From assembly GCA_900128395.1 (NCBI GenBank), contig LT649331.1:1-37141 (forward strand): a stretch of 37,141 bases of DNA, written 5' to 3'. Under the pieces are notes generated by a model. It was not told the DNA's origin. It saw only the letters and a list, made by a program, of their open reading frames with translations, and did not search any database. The stretch is from Stramenopiles sp. TOSAG23-2. Lineage: Eukaryota. The position numbers were made by a program, and so were the translations under genes. Below are positions 1 through 13,382 of the stretch, in pieces; the first letter of the stretch is position 1; each line of letters begins with the position of its first letter.

Positions 1-308
1 GTATACTAGTGGAGCCTAAGTTTAAAAAGGTATTTTCAATGTTTTTCCTTTGTTTTCATGTAATGAAATGAAAAATCCATCATCATAACAATGAATTAGA
101 AGAATTTAGGTTGAAAATGTTGAAAATGATGAAATTTTAATGAAAATTTCCCTGAAGACTGTCTGTATTTTATACAAATTTTAAAAATAAAACTATTTAC
201 TATTGAAAAATTACATAGACTTTTTTTGACAAACCTGCATACATACTTTTCTCTTTTCCTATTACATGAAACATTTGCTGACTAGTTCTTTCTTCAAGAT
301 TTTCTTTT

Positions 309-1593
309 TCAATCTCTATGTAACCAATGATCTACTTTATTTTTACGAGGTAATTGTTCACCAAAACCTAAATCAAATAATGTAGGTCGACGATTTTTAG
401 TTTGTTTCGATTTTCCTTTATTATTATTAATAATATCAATATCATTCATTATAATTATACTACTATTGTTATCCTCGTCGGAAACATTTTCTCTATTGTT
501 TTTCTTTTTATTATTTTTCACATTATTACTTTTATTATTATTATCATTATCGCTAGTAGTCGTATTATTGTTATTTTGATTATCAATAATATCATTTGAT
601 GATGATAATATGATATTATTTTTTTCTTCTTCCATTATGGTACTATTATATGATTTTAATAATTTCAATTTTGTAATATCAATGATGGGACCACAATATA
701 TGCCATTATTATTCATGATGCTAATATGATTATCATGATTAGTACCTCCAGTGGCCTCTTTAACATCATCGATTTCATTTAATTTCATCTTGGAAACGAT
801 ACTATTGTTTTTCAACATAAATTTCTTATACAAACAGCATGTTCCATATACAATATCGGAGACCTTGTTGGTTAATAATTTTTGTACAATATGTTGAATT
901 TCAAGAAATTCAAAAGAAGTTACATCACAAGGTAACGAACCTTGTGGAAACTTATTACTTCCATATATTTCACTAGATAGAACATATGATTTTTTGACAA
1001 TGTTATTGCCAATATTCGTACTAATCACTCCAATGTGTTTTAAATTTTTCAATTTCATTTTATAATTTAAATGAAAAAGTTCTATAATTCTATCATAATA
1101 TAATTGTTTATTATTATTATTTCCAGAAGGTGATATTGGTATTGGATGCATTGGCATTTGTTTAACATTTTTCAATCCAATACGTGTAACAACAAAGGTT
1201 AACTGCTTCATTGTGACTAGGAGTATAGTATCATCTCCATGATAATTTAATAACATCTCCATCTTTTCTTGTATGCCCCTAATGCATTTCAATTGATACA
1301 ACAACAACAACAACAACAACAACGACGACGACGACGACGACACGAATATCAACCATTTTAATTTCTTTTTTCATACAAATTTCAATCCATCAAAAAAAAT
1401 TAATATACTACATATACCTTATAAGGAAAAGTCTAGGACCTAGATTACATATACCTGGCGGTACAGTATTAGATCTATTTTCAGTAGAGCTAGCTAGCTG
1501 CTTGTAACCAGTAAGTACTGTCGTCTGTAGTGTGTAATACTCATTTACAATTATAGAACAATAATTAGAATAATAAGTGCATGGTACATACAA
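309..1593 (-). CDS. Hypothetical protein with Asn-rich C-terminus; probably spliced (exon 1278-309, intron 1417-1279, upstream exon from 1418, 5' end uncertain)
   Basis: 347-aa ORF whose N-terminal part runs through a microsatellite. Donor AG|GTATAT at 1417 and acceptor TTAG|G at 1279 join ...PRLFLIR to GIQEKM... in frame. No family recognised; start codon not resolved. Confidence 0.45.
1298..1341. repeat. Compound microsatellite (CAA)n(CGA)n inside the predicted intron
   Basis: Direct reading: caacaacaa...cgacgacgac. Confidence 0.9.
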
Positions 1594-2027
1594 TATTTAT
1601 AGATAGCTACCTAGGTACGCTGCTATTGGTATATAGCTATTTCCAAGTACCGGTTTTAAGGTATATAGCTGATTATATTATCGTTACAAATAGCACATTT
1701 TTTTAATTATTACACATCATCATACAACGCACAACACCATATTATTATTAATAATAATATATACCCCCAACAAATACATTTATCATACTATAGATATTAA
1801 ATTACAGATATTTACAATCGTAGATATAACATTTAATTAAATTGCATTTTTATCTCTTTGATTCTTCACATTAATTACACCTAGGTCATTTCTATTAATT
1901 TGTCGGACAATTTACATATATACATATATAAAAGACATAATTACCTATCATATATATATAGTTAATTAAATTAATAAAATTACAACAAAAAGTAACAGTT
2001 AGAACTATACCAAACAAGGTCTCCAAC

Positions 2028-5000
2028 ATGTCAAATTTTGGTGGTAAAGTTGCTACTTCTAAAAACAATAATGTAAAACAACAACAAAATGCAAATGCGT
2101 CTACAAAACAAGAGAAACCATCTGATTTAGAAGTAGAAATTAAACCAGACCATGCATTCGGTTTATATACCAATAGTACACAATATGGACATCCAGGTTA
2201 CATACGTGATACTTTAGGTTATTTAGCAGAAAGTAAAGTTGTACATCCTGTTGGTCAAAAAGCTGCTATGTATCAACTGGATAAACATCGTATGGATTTT
2301 TTTGAATTAAATCCAAATGTTAAAAATATATTAGGAATGGCAATAGCAACAAACAGAAAACGCGTAGCATTTTGTGAACAAGGAAAAGTTGTTGAAGGCA
2401 AAGCTCCACATGGACAAGTTAGTGTTTATCATGCCATACAAGGTGTACATTTAAGAACATTAACATTTCCTAATATGAAAGGTGAATTTATTAGCGTATG
2501 CTTTACGAAAGATACAAAATTTTTAATTGCATTAGGCTCCGCACCCGAAAATTTGCTTGTTTATTGGAAATGGAGTAATATGAAATTGATAGCACATACA
2601 AAATTGCCATCTGGTGCTACACGTGTACGTGTTAATCCAGCAGATGCATCAATGATAACAACGTCTGGTCCGGAACATTTAAAATTATGGCGTTTGGAAA
2701 AAGATCTTTCATTGAAATCCGTTGCATTGTTGCCGGGGAAAACGGAAACAAAAACACACTTTGTTGATCATGCATGGATGCGCAGTAAAGGTTTGTTATT
2801 GGCATTAACTAGTGATGGCAATTGTTATGTCTTCGAAGTTGATAATCAAAATGTAGAAATTGTACAATCGATGAAAATACAATATAATACGGAAACACAT
2901 CATCGTTTTGAAACCATTGAAACTTTTAAAAAAGGTTTTGTTGCATCTGGTACAGGAGCTGATTTAGGTGGATACATGTGTGTATATGAACATACAGATG
3001 ATAGAAAAGAACCGTTTATGTTAATCAAATATTTTTATACGCAGGAACCACATTTAACAATAGCAAATTTAGCAATATCGCCATTGGATGAACAAGTCGG
3101 GATGTTTGTGCAACCGACAAATCAATTTATGACATTTCCATTAGTAAATATTGATACGTTAGATTCCAATAAAGATAAGGTGTTTAATGATATGAGGATA
3201 CAAGGTTTTCATACTGGTAAAATATTAGACATAGATATATGCACAAGTAAACCATGGGTAGTAACATGTGGAGCGGATCAATGTGTTAAGGTTTGGAGTT
3301 TCCAAAGTACACGAAGTGTTACCGAAAAGTCTTCATGGGAATGTAAAGTTACACATAAAGCTGAAAATGATGAGCCGTATTGCGTTGCATTTCATCCAAG
3401 TGGTTTGCAAGTCTTAGTTGGTTTCAAAGACAATGTACAAATTTACAATGTCTTAAACAATCGTTTGGATGAAGCAAGGCCAACGCGTTTAAATTTAAAA
3501 AATTCCAAGTTAATTCGGTTTGCACCTGGTGGTCAATATTTTGCCGTTTCATTTGGTATTTCAATTGAAGTATACAATTCGTATACCTTTGAATTGGTGA
3601 AAACATTGATGGGTCATATCCGACGTGTTCGCTCATTGACTTGGTTTGACAATAGTTTTTTATATACATCTGGTGAGGATGGCAGTATATATGGTTGGGA
3701 TATTGGTCTTGGAAAAAAAGTTGATGAAACGACGGTGCAAAAATGCGTCTTTTCTGGCATTGCATCTGATCGACAAAGACCAATTGTTTGTGCTGCTGGT
3801 AATGATAAAAAATTATATGAAGTCAGGAGGAATGATCAAGGGGAAACGGAGTATAGTACGTGCGAAATATTAGGCGAAGATTTAGTAACTGAATTGATCA
3901 TTTCAAATGCAAATAATGCATTGATATGTGGTACAGCAACTGGTTGTGTACGTGTATATCCATGGCCTTTAGGAAAACATGCAGACCCATCCAATTATCA
4001 AGAATTGCGTTTGCACAACGGTCAAGTCAATAATTTAACAATTACAAATGATGATTTTTACGTTTTAAGTGCTGGGGATGATGGAACTATATTTTCAACG
4101 AGACTAAGTGATATAAATGGTGTAAGAAGTTCAAGTGATGGTACTGCTACTATAAATTTTAATTACAATGCTATATTAGTCGATAATGAACAAATCGAAA
4201 TGCAAAATCGTGAGGTAAAAGAACTTAAAAAAACTATTGAAGATGTAAAAAGCCGCCATGAACTAGAATCAGCAATGCAAAGTAAAGTATGGCATGATCA
4301 ATTGAAACAAAAAACGGAAGAAATGGATACTGCAATAAGTGCGGAGCGAGAAAGGTTTGAAACATTAAATCAACGCCATGAAGCATATAGTCGAGAACAT
4401 ATGGAAGAAATTGACAAACGAGAAGCAGAACATGTAACTACGATGCAAGCATTGGAAAATGAATATGAGCATAAACTAGCAGTTGAAATTGCTCGTTATG
4501 ATGATGTCAGTGAAGCCATGGAACGCCAACAGCAAGATATTGCAAGTGAAATTGATAAATTGAAAATTAGCCATATGGAAAGATTAAAAAAGTTAGAAGA
4601 AGAAAGGATTGCAGAGGTTAACGAATTGCAACAACAGATTGAATTATTAAATGAAGAATTGAAAAAAAACCAGAAAGAATATACGAAAATTTTAGATCAG
4701 CAAACGCAAGATGATGATCAGGAAATTTTAGTTTTACAAAAAAAGCGAGAGCAAGATGAAGAAGCATTCCACGAAATGGTTTCAAAAATGACTGCCATGT
4801 TACATGTTCAAACGGATAGGTGTGAGAAATTGCAAGCTAAAATGGAAGAAGTACAAGAAGTTGCAAAAGTTCGCGAGCAGGAATATCTAAGCTTGAAAAA
4901 ATCATATTACGATTTACAAGATATGTTAAGAATGCAAGAGAGGCAATTAGACGAACGTGATGTGGCATTGCAACAGAAAGAACGAACAATTTTAGGATTG

Positions 5001-6429
5001 AGATCGAAACATAGCACATTAGAAAATTTCAAATACGTTTTAAATCATCGTATACAAATGTTATCAAAAGAAAAAGGACCAGTAGCAGAACATATCGACG
5101 CCCTTGAAAAGCATATTAGGGATATGTATGAAGAATTGGTAAAAGAGTTTCATATGAAAAAATTAAATACACGAGCATTGGATGATAGTCAAATGAAAAT
5201 GAAAGGTTTACAAACTGATATACGTGGTTTAACCGCTAGTGTGCGTAGCAAAGAAAGAGAAATTAAAGCATTTCAACACCAATTGACCACTATAATTAAT
5301 TATATCGATCCAAAAGATTATGAAGATTCCATGAACGATCTATATCGAACTTTTGTCAAAAAAGAAAAAGGCAAAGGTAGGCGTAAAAGCAAAAAGACAT
5401 CATCAAGTGAAGAAAAAAGCAGTAGTAAAACCGAAGATGATGATGATGAAAGTAATGGCAATGACGGAAGCAACAATCAAGGAAATAACAATTCAGGGAG
5501 TAAACGGGGCAACGGTGGTTCAATGGGTGGCGCACCTGGTGAAGCACAAGCAGCTGTAAACGAAGCAAACAGGCAACGTGACTATATGGAAAAAACTGTA
5601 CATACATTGAAAAAAAACATTAAAATTAGCTGGGAAGAAAATGCAACGCAAATCAAAAATGTCCATGGAGGAAAATTCATTGCTTATCTCAGAATGTAAT
5701 AGCTTGCGACGGGAAACAACATTACAAAAGCGAAAGATTGAAGAGTTGAAATCGGAAGTGAATATGCTTCAAGGCAATAATTCGCAATCCCAGTCTGCAC
5801 TTGATAAGGTTAGATGGAGAAAATTGCCTGTTGAAGAAACCCAACCACCAATGTTTGATCCTCGTTCTAATAGTGCATGGAGCAGTGGATCTGGTGGATC
5901 TATCTCCTTTGGACTAGGTCCAGGCTTAGGACCAGAAATACCAGGATCGCCAATCAATACAAATGCTGGACATAATAATAATAATAAAAGCAATACTAAT
6001 ATGAACAACAAACCATCAACGGCAATGGTACAATCAAACAATCAAAGACGAAACGATGTTCGCTCAAGACAATTGATGACGGCACCTAAACCATTGAGAA
6101 TGCGTCGGCCAAATACCGGGCAAATTATTAGAGGTAGCACAAGACCTTTGATGGAAAGTGCAAATGCAAAAAATCGCGTAAATGCACTTGTTGGGCAATT
6201 AGAAGATAACAATCGTGAGATTGAAATGCAACGAATGGAAATTAAACGTTTAAGGGATCAAGTTCATGCGTTGGTAAATCAAATTGAACGTGGTATGTAT
6301 AATCATTCGCCAACTATTTCACCGAAACCATCGGATTTAGAAACAGACTCGATGGAGAATTTGCCATCAATTGGTGGTGGTGGGCATAATTTGATTATGA
6401 AAGCACAATCTACACCTGCATTACGATGA
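2028..6429 (+). CDS. CFAP57: Cilia- and flagella-associated protein 57 (WDR65)-like: WD40 propellers plus long coiled coil; ~1466 aa after correcting a +1 frameshift at 5610-5617
   Basis: WD40 repeats (FHTGKILDIDICTSKPWVVTCGADQCVKVW, GHIRRVRSLTW) and coiled-coil motifs LENEYEHKLAVEIARYD and LENFKYVLNHRI. The C-terminal block RQRDYMEKTV..LK continues in the next frame as MEENSLLISECNSLRRE (ORF 5641-6429). Confidence 0.88.
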
Positions 6430-7053
6430 GAGTCTTTATTTATTTATTTATATAGAAGAAGTATTTCAAAATGAGAATTGGCGGTAAAATATATTAATTG
6501 GTGATTTTAACACATATTAAAATAAAAAAAATATAAAAAAGTTATTTATTTTTTTTTATTTTAGTTTGTATCAATCCAAAATCAATTGGAAGTAGCTGGT
6601 TAGTTTCAGCCCTCTTTTTTTCAGCTGCCATAAAATACAAGTTGTAATATTCTATACGAATAGCATACCACCATGGTATATAGCGGGGTTTCCTAAGTAG
6701 AGTAGACAAATACGAGGAGTAAGGATGATTTAGCGATTTAGCCCTTTTCATTTTGATGTATTCTTATATACTTGTTAGTATAGGTTCGTAGACGACTTCT
6801 AAAATAATGTATCCATTTTCTGGCATCTTGTGTGCTCTTCTGGCATTCTTATTCTTTTCTTCTTCTAATTTATTCATACTGTATATATATTATACTCTGT
6901 AAATAATTGAAAGAAATATATATAGAGAAACATTGTTGTGTGATTAAACGTGTTCATGTTTTCTTGGCAGTTGCACTCTATATCAATCGTTAGTTAGTTA
7001 TATTATCATATTATTACTATTATTTTGTGACACGGTTGATATTTTTAAAAAAT

Positions 7054-7467
7054 ATGTCATCGAAAAAAGTATTGATACCATTGTTGTTAAGAGCTTTAGT
7101 ATCTGTGCATTTTGTTACAGAACTTTATGATAAAATTGTTAATTTTAATCAATGGCAAACTGTAATACAACAACAAACACAACTTGGTGAATGGGCTTTG
7201 TATTTAGTGATAGCTCTTCTATTCATAGGTTCTACATTATTATTAACGAATAATTATTTATATACGTCAGCTTTTTGTCTTTTACTTTTTCAAATACCAA
7301 CTACAATAATGTTTGAAACAAGTAGTTATGAAAGATTTTATAGCGTATCTGCTATGGGTGGCATATGTGCAGTAACATGGTTCACCTACGAAGTGAATTT
7401 AATACTCAATATGAAAGCAGAGTTAGAAAGATTATCCGATATGAATATTGGATACAATAAAATGTGA
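7054..7467 (+). CDS. Small multi-pass membrane protein, DoxX/SURF4-like
   Basis: 137 aa from ATG 7054; about four hydrophobic segments; N-terminal LLRALVSVHF...DKIVNF resembles the DoxX/SURF4 first helix. Confidence 0.6.
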   Translation: MSSKKVLIPLLLRALVSVHFVTELYDKIVNFNQWQTVIQQQTQLGEWALYLVIALLFIGSTLLLTNNYLYTSAFCLLLFQIPTTIMFETSSYERFYSVSAMGGICAVTWFTYEVNLILNMKAELERLSDMNIGYNKM

Positions 7468-7865
7468 AAAAATATTAAAAAGCAGGCTATATATGTATAC
7501 ATTCTACACCTTTTAAAAAAGTAATATTAATCTAAATCCATATTATGTATATTTTATTATAAATATCACCACTCCTACAATCTATACTATTACAATCCAT
7601 ATACCACCATACCACCACATCATCAGATAATAATAATAACAAACAAACAAACTATAAAACAACCCAACAACAAATAGTATATATATCGATATATAATATA
7701 TATATATCGAATGATAAAATATAGAGAGATAAACGCATTTATTTGGTGTATATTATAGAAGTAGTACATACATATCGTAATAATTTTTTTTATTATTGCA
7801 CAATAATAAACAATAATATAGTTTTATAATATATAAATATTAAAAATCTTCAAAAAAAATATATA

Positions 7866-10800
7866 ATGAGGTTTATAATAATTTTGAAAATGATAATAAT
7901 ATTCATTTATATAAATATTCCTTTCAATCACTCTACTATGCATAATAATAACAACAACAAGAACAGCATTAACTATAAGAAAAACGATAAATACCGAAAG
8001 AAATTTAATGTTCTTTTCATCATAAGTGATGATCTAAATACCGATTTAAATAGTTATGGCGGTCCGGCAATTACAAAGTCGTTAGATAAATTTGCAAATT
8101 CACCTGGTACTATTCAGTTTGAACGTGCGTATGTTCAACAAGCTATTTGCTGCCCAAGTCGTTCATCGTTTCTTCTTGGTAGACGTCCAGATACCACAAA
8201 AGTATGGGATTTAAAAACACAATTTCGCAACACTCCTGGTGCTGACAAATGGGAAACACTTCCTCAATTCTTTCGTAACAAAGGGTATATGACTTCTGGT
8301 ATGGGAAAGATTTTTCATCCTTTGAAATATAAAAATAAATCTGATGATGTAGCTGGTGGATCATGGAGTAAACCATATTTTCATGGAATTGGTGGTGAGG
8401 ATGAGAAGCACAAGTTAAGCGAAACAAATTGTGGCGTTGCAAGTCGCGTTAAAGATGATATTTTATATACGGATGGGATGGTTGCAGATCATGCTGTGAA
8501 GACTTTAAGAAATGCGGTGGAAGAAAATCCAGAAAAACCTTTTTTCATTGCGGTTGGATTTCATCGACCTCATTTGCCATGGATAGTACCAAAGCGTTAT
8601 TTTGAATTATATCCAACTGATTCTGATATAACATTAGCAGATTATAGGAATCCGCCATTGCATTATAACATCACCGGGGCACAAACATTTAGTTGGGACC
8701 CGCAAAGTGGTCCAAGACATTGCCAACCTTTATATAATATGACATATCCATCACCAACTTTACCGGAATACGGGCTTATAGATGATAAAACAGCAAGGCA
8801 TTTTCGCCACTCCTATTGGGCAGCTGTAAGTCAAATGGATCGAAACGTTGGTGTAGTTTTAGATGAGCTAGATCATTTAGGTTTATCAAATACTACCGTC
8901 GTTTTATTTGCTGGGGACCATGGATGGCAACTAGGAGATTTAGGGGAATTTGGCAAAAAAACTAATTTTGAACGTGCTACTCGCTCACCTCTTCTTATAC
9001 GTGATCCGATTGCTTATCAAGCTGGAATACCATCCTCAAAAACAAGTGCATTAGTGGAATTTGTCGATATCATGCCAACATTAATTGATCTTGCTATTGG
9101 CTCTGAGTATGTACCAAAGATTTGTCCAGTAAATTCATCGAATATCAAATCTTGTACGGAGGGCGAATCACTTCGATCTATCATGGAAAATCCAATGAAA
9201 ACAAAAGATATAAAGTCAGCTGTTTTCATGCAATATGCTTATTGCATGCATGACGAAAAGGTATGGCATGATGCATGTGCAAATGCAAGTGATCCCCATG
9301 TAATGGGATATGCGATGCGAACCAGAAGATGGCGGTATATCGAATGGGTAAAATTTGATAAAATTACAGCACAGCCAATTTGGGAGGAATTATTAGGTTC
9401 TGAATTGTACGATCATACGTCAAAAGATACGGTTGAAAATAAAGCTGAATCGGTAAATGTGGTAATGTATCCACAACATGATGTTATTAGAAAAGAACTT
9501 TCAAAAATGTTACATGAAGGATGGAGAGGAGCGGTTGCTAAAAAAACAACAATACCAATGAAAAAAAAAAGGCAGAATGGTGATAATGTGACAAAGTATG
9601 TTACTATTGATAATACCAAGCCACGGTTGGATATAAATGGTGAAATAATAAATGCACACGATGGAACATATCGTAAATATGGCAAATACTGGTACTATCA
9701 TGCAATGGAGTATGGATTATGCAAAGAACCTTTAAAACATGGCTGTGACCAAACACCAAATCATTGTGGCTTTCAAAATGATCATAATGTTTCTATTTGG
9801 AGGTCAAGAAATTTAGCTTCTGGCAGTTGGCAAAAAATTGGTACAGCTATGCAATGTCAAAAATTAAATGGCTGTGCAATAGCATATAGACCACATTTAG
9901 TCTATAATAAAGGGACAAAAAAATATGTCTTATTTGTAAATTACGTTGCTACTGGGCATGCATATAAGGGGTATGCCGTTTACAGCAGTAACTCACCAGA
10001 AGGCCCATTTGATTTAGTCAATCCGATTTTAAATGTTACACGCCTCTGCCCAGGCCCAGTAGCTGGTCCAATCTGTGGAAAAGCTCAAGGGGTAAGTAAA
10101 TAATACGTTTTCTACTCTTTTCTTTTTCTTTTTTTATAAATATATATATAAAAATCAATATATTCTTATATCGAAATCATACTAACAATTTATGTGACTC
10201 TTGTATATGCTTTTATGTTGTAGGGTTGTGGAGATTTTGATATTTTTGTTGATGATGTAGATGGCAGTGGTTATATAGTCTATGGATGTGCATATTATAC
10301 ATCTATAGAAAGACTGAGTGATGATTTTTATTACTCGCGCGGTGATGGGGAAAATGCTACTGTAATCAATGGTCATTTTAATGGAAAATTATTTCCAGAT
10401 TATTTTATTGAAGCACCAGTTTTTTTTAAGCGAAATCATTTATATTATGTATTGTATGGCCATTGTTGCTGTTTTTGCGAACAAGGAAGTGGTATCATTG
10501 TTAGTACTGCATCTTCACCTATGGGTCCATGGACACGACATGATGGTAACTTAGCATGTATCCCATCAAATAATAAGAATGAGTATCAATTTCGTCCTAA
10601 GAAGTTATCGTCATTTTATGTAGAAAAAGGTAGTGCTACTCCTGGTCAAGGATGTTTATATAATGGTTCGACTGATATTTCTACAACTAAAGCTCAACAA
10701 AATTTTGTAATTGAAATTAAATATAATGAGGATAATGTTGAAAGATCAATGTTTGTTTGGACAGGCGATTTGTGGCAGCAGGCACCAGATAATGTGAAAG

Positions 10801-10928
10801 GTCATGAAGGTCAATTTTGGACTCCATTGCATTTTAATGAAAAAGGAATGATATCAAACGTGAAATATATTGATCAATTTGATATACCAACGATTAATTA
10901 TGAATACTATGATGATGGTGCGATGTAA
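7866..10928 (+). CDS. Secreted S1 sulfatase (iduronate-2-sulfatase-like) fused to a C-terminal GH43-like glycoside hydrolase; exons 7866-10091 and 10224-10928, ~976 aa
   Basis: Hydrophobic N-terminus. Sulfatase motifs NVLFIISDDL, CCPSRSSFLLGRRP (CxPSR), GKIFH, GFHRPHLPW, GDHGWQLG. GH43-like INAHDG, YRPHLVYN, GDFDIFVDD.DG..Y, IEAPVFFKR, WTGDLWQ. The intron splices in frame. Confidence 0.88.
10092..10223 (+). other. Spliceosomal intron (132 nt)
   Basis: GTAAGT donor, ACTAAC branch point at 10181, TAG acceptor; restores the GH43 reading frame. Confidence 0.9.
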
Positions 10929-11598
10929 AATACGTGCGTAAAAAATAAAAATATTTCGTCAAAAAAATTTTCACGCAACGTGCCAACCTCACTATTTTTA
11001 TTTAAGTGTATAATATTATAATACCTTTCTCTAGATAAAGAGAAATAATAATAATATATTGAAAGTTCTTTTTTATACGCTACCTGCAAACCAGCAAACC
11101 AGCAAACAGAGAGGTCTGCTGCAAACTAAAAACTAAAACAATTCTTTCACTTGCAGTTGTGGGCCATTTTGTCATTTTCTTATTTTATTTTGTACTTGAA
11201 GGTGAAATTAGAATACGAAACTCATATCATCATTACGCAGAAAGGTTCCTGTGTTCCTGTTTGCGAAAATTATTATTAAAATTTACTTTCTGTCTATAGT
11301 GCTCTTACATGTACATTATTGTACTGTACTGGTGTAGCTCAAGCTAATAATTGAAAAAAAAAAGTCGTGCATACCTGGCATATACCAGTGTCAAATGAAC
11401 TTATCCACATACTATGTACCTGCTGATATTATTTATTAAGAAATATATATATATATATATCACATTGAAATTAAAAAAAAACTAATTTTATCTTTCTGCT
11501 TCTTTCCTTATATGAATTATATCATATATACATTTATGTTTACAATGTCGATAGTAAATTACATAATAAGCAAGAATACTACATTATAAGACGAAAAG

Positions 11599-12933
11599 AT
11601 GTTATTACTTAATGTATTAGGAAAGTGTACGTTGGCAAAAACAAACCGAATAGCAAGACAAATTAGATTTGGTCATAATAATAATAATTATAATATGAAG
11701 AACTTGCGTAATAGTAGAATTTTTACAAGTTTGCATTTCTCTACGTTAGAAAAAAACGATTCTTCATCAAGTAAGCACAAAGCACCAGCACGATTCTTCG
11801 ATTCCAGAGAAAAATATTTGGTTTTTTGCACGACTACTTCTGAAAAATGGCGCGTTGGGGAAAGAGTTATATCTGAACTAGATGAGTTGAACCCATCTCC
11901 ACCTTCCATTAATATTTTTGATGCTGGCCTCGGTGATGCAGCAGTATTAACAAGGGTCTTACGTGGTGCGCATGGTAGATTTCCTAGCGTTCCTATCTTG
12001 GCAGTTGCCAAAGAGATTTCGTTAGAAGATGTTAGGCAAAGTCTCATTAAATTACCAGATCGATTTTCCGAACATCCTCAAACCGTACTTGCAGTAACAA
12101 ATATGACGTACAAAGCTGCACCAGGCCTACAACCATTGACCAAAAAAGGTAAAGAAGATTTAACATGGATTGAAATGCCATTAAAAGGTACATCTGCCAT
12201 TGACTTTGAAAGGCAAATAGAAGAGCAAATACGAATATTGGAAGATAAACAAGTTTGGAATGTTAGACATTCTGCTGATGGAAATCCACTGCCAGCAAAA
12301 CCATGTGTGATTGTAATTTACAGGGAAGATCAACGGTTCACTTTGGATAATGTTTTGCCTCAAGCATCAGGTGGACTTGGACAAAGCAATTCAGAATTAG
12401 TATATGATTTAAGTATTGCATCTCAACCATTTCGATCTAGAGCATCTGCAGAATCAAAATGTAAAAATGTACTAATGCCATTGGTAGCATCATTGAAACC
12501 AGAGGGTCGATTAGTGGTAGTACAATCTACTGGTCATGATCCTGGCATGGAAATTGTACGTAATGCGTGGCCGGATGAGGAACCTTTTAAAACACCTGGT
12601 CATATTTTACAAGCTGAAATGTTAAAACAAATACAAGATGGACCAAACAAACAAAATTTAAAAAGCAGTGATTTTATTTTTAGTGATGGAGATCAATTTA
12701 GATACGAGTTACATAGTTTACCAGATGATGCAACGGATTCTATTGGAACATCTGTACTTTTAGCAGCGTGGAATGCAGCAACTTATGTAGCACAAGTAGA
12801 TACAAATCGTTCCGATGAGTTAGTTCTAAATGGTAGATTTCAAGATTGTGTCAATGACGTATTACAAAAATATGGTCGATTATGGTTTACAAATGAAGCA
12901 TTTGTTGTTTCTAAAAAGAAACTTGATTTTTAA
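11599..12933 (+). CDS. Uncharacterised class I SAM-dependent methyltransferase-fold protein with putative mitochondrial targeting peptide
   Basis: 444-aa intronless ORF. Motif I-like IFDAGLGDAAV, YDLSIASQPF and LKPEGRLVV. The first ~50 aa are Arg/Lys/Ser/Thr/Leu-rich with no acidic residues. Confidence 0.7.
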   Translation: MLLLNVLGKCTLAKTNRIARQIRFGHNNNNYNMKNLRNSRIFTSLHFSTLEKNDSSSSKHKAPARFFDSREKYLVFCTTTSEKWRVGERVISELDELNPSPPSINIFDAGLGDAAVLTRVLRGAHGRFPSVPILAVAKEISLEDVRQSLIKLPDRFSEHPQTVLAVTNMTYKAAPGLQPLTKKGKEDLTWIEMPLKGTSAIDFERQIEEQIRILEDKQVWNVRHSADGNPLPAKPCVIVIYREDQRFTLDNVLPQASGGLGQSNSELVYDLSIASQPFRSRASAESKCKNVLMPLVASLKPEGRLVVVQSTGHDPGMEIVRNAWPDEEPFKTPGHILQAEMLKQIQDGPNKQNLKSSDFIFSDGDQFRYELHSLPDDATDSIGTSVLLAAWNAATYVAQVDTNRSDELVLNGRFQDCVNDVLQKYGRLWFTNEAFVVSKKKLDF

Positions 12934-13382
12934 TTGTTGTGTGATCAAAAAAAAATATACGCGAAGTAATATTCTCGTACATAATGTGGTGCGAGATTAT
13001 GTGAGAGGGCTTAATACTTCGTACAAACATTTCATTATATATTTCTTTATATGTGTATGATATATTATATAATTTAATTTACGACGCATCATTAATTTTA
13101 TATTTTTTTTTATTCCTACAACACCCAGATAACAAATTCCTACGCGTACTCCCCTTGGGAATACATATTTTATATATATACCCATCATTATATATATGTA
13201 TATATCTCTCTCAAATGTATATTTACAGCTTTCGTAGTATAAAGAAAAAGTAATTATCACTATTACACACACTAAAATATATTATCTCTTGGTGATACTT
13301 GACACACAAGCTAATGTCGCCATCTACCGATTTTATAAAAAAATATTAAAAACGAAGTCTGTCTAGATCTTTTTTTTTTTTT

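Noticed and set aside
280-311. TGA readthrough or alternative genetic code
   Set aside because: A second TGA follows four codons later; conserved genes read cleanly in the standard code
6542-6880. Small minus-strand ORFs between CFAP57 and the DoxX-like gene
   Set aside because: No recognisable motif, stops in all frames and no consistent splice model
12950-13330. Periodic CpG clusters (ACGCG) in 3' spacers as a nucleosome-linker signal
   Set aside because: The spacing was not consistent in other spacers; cannot be supported without computation
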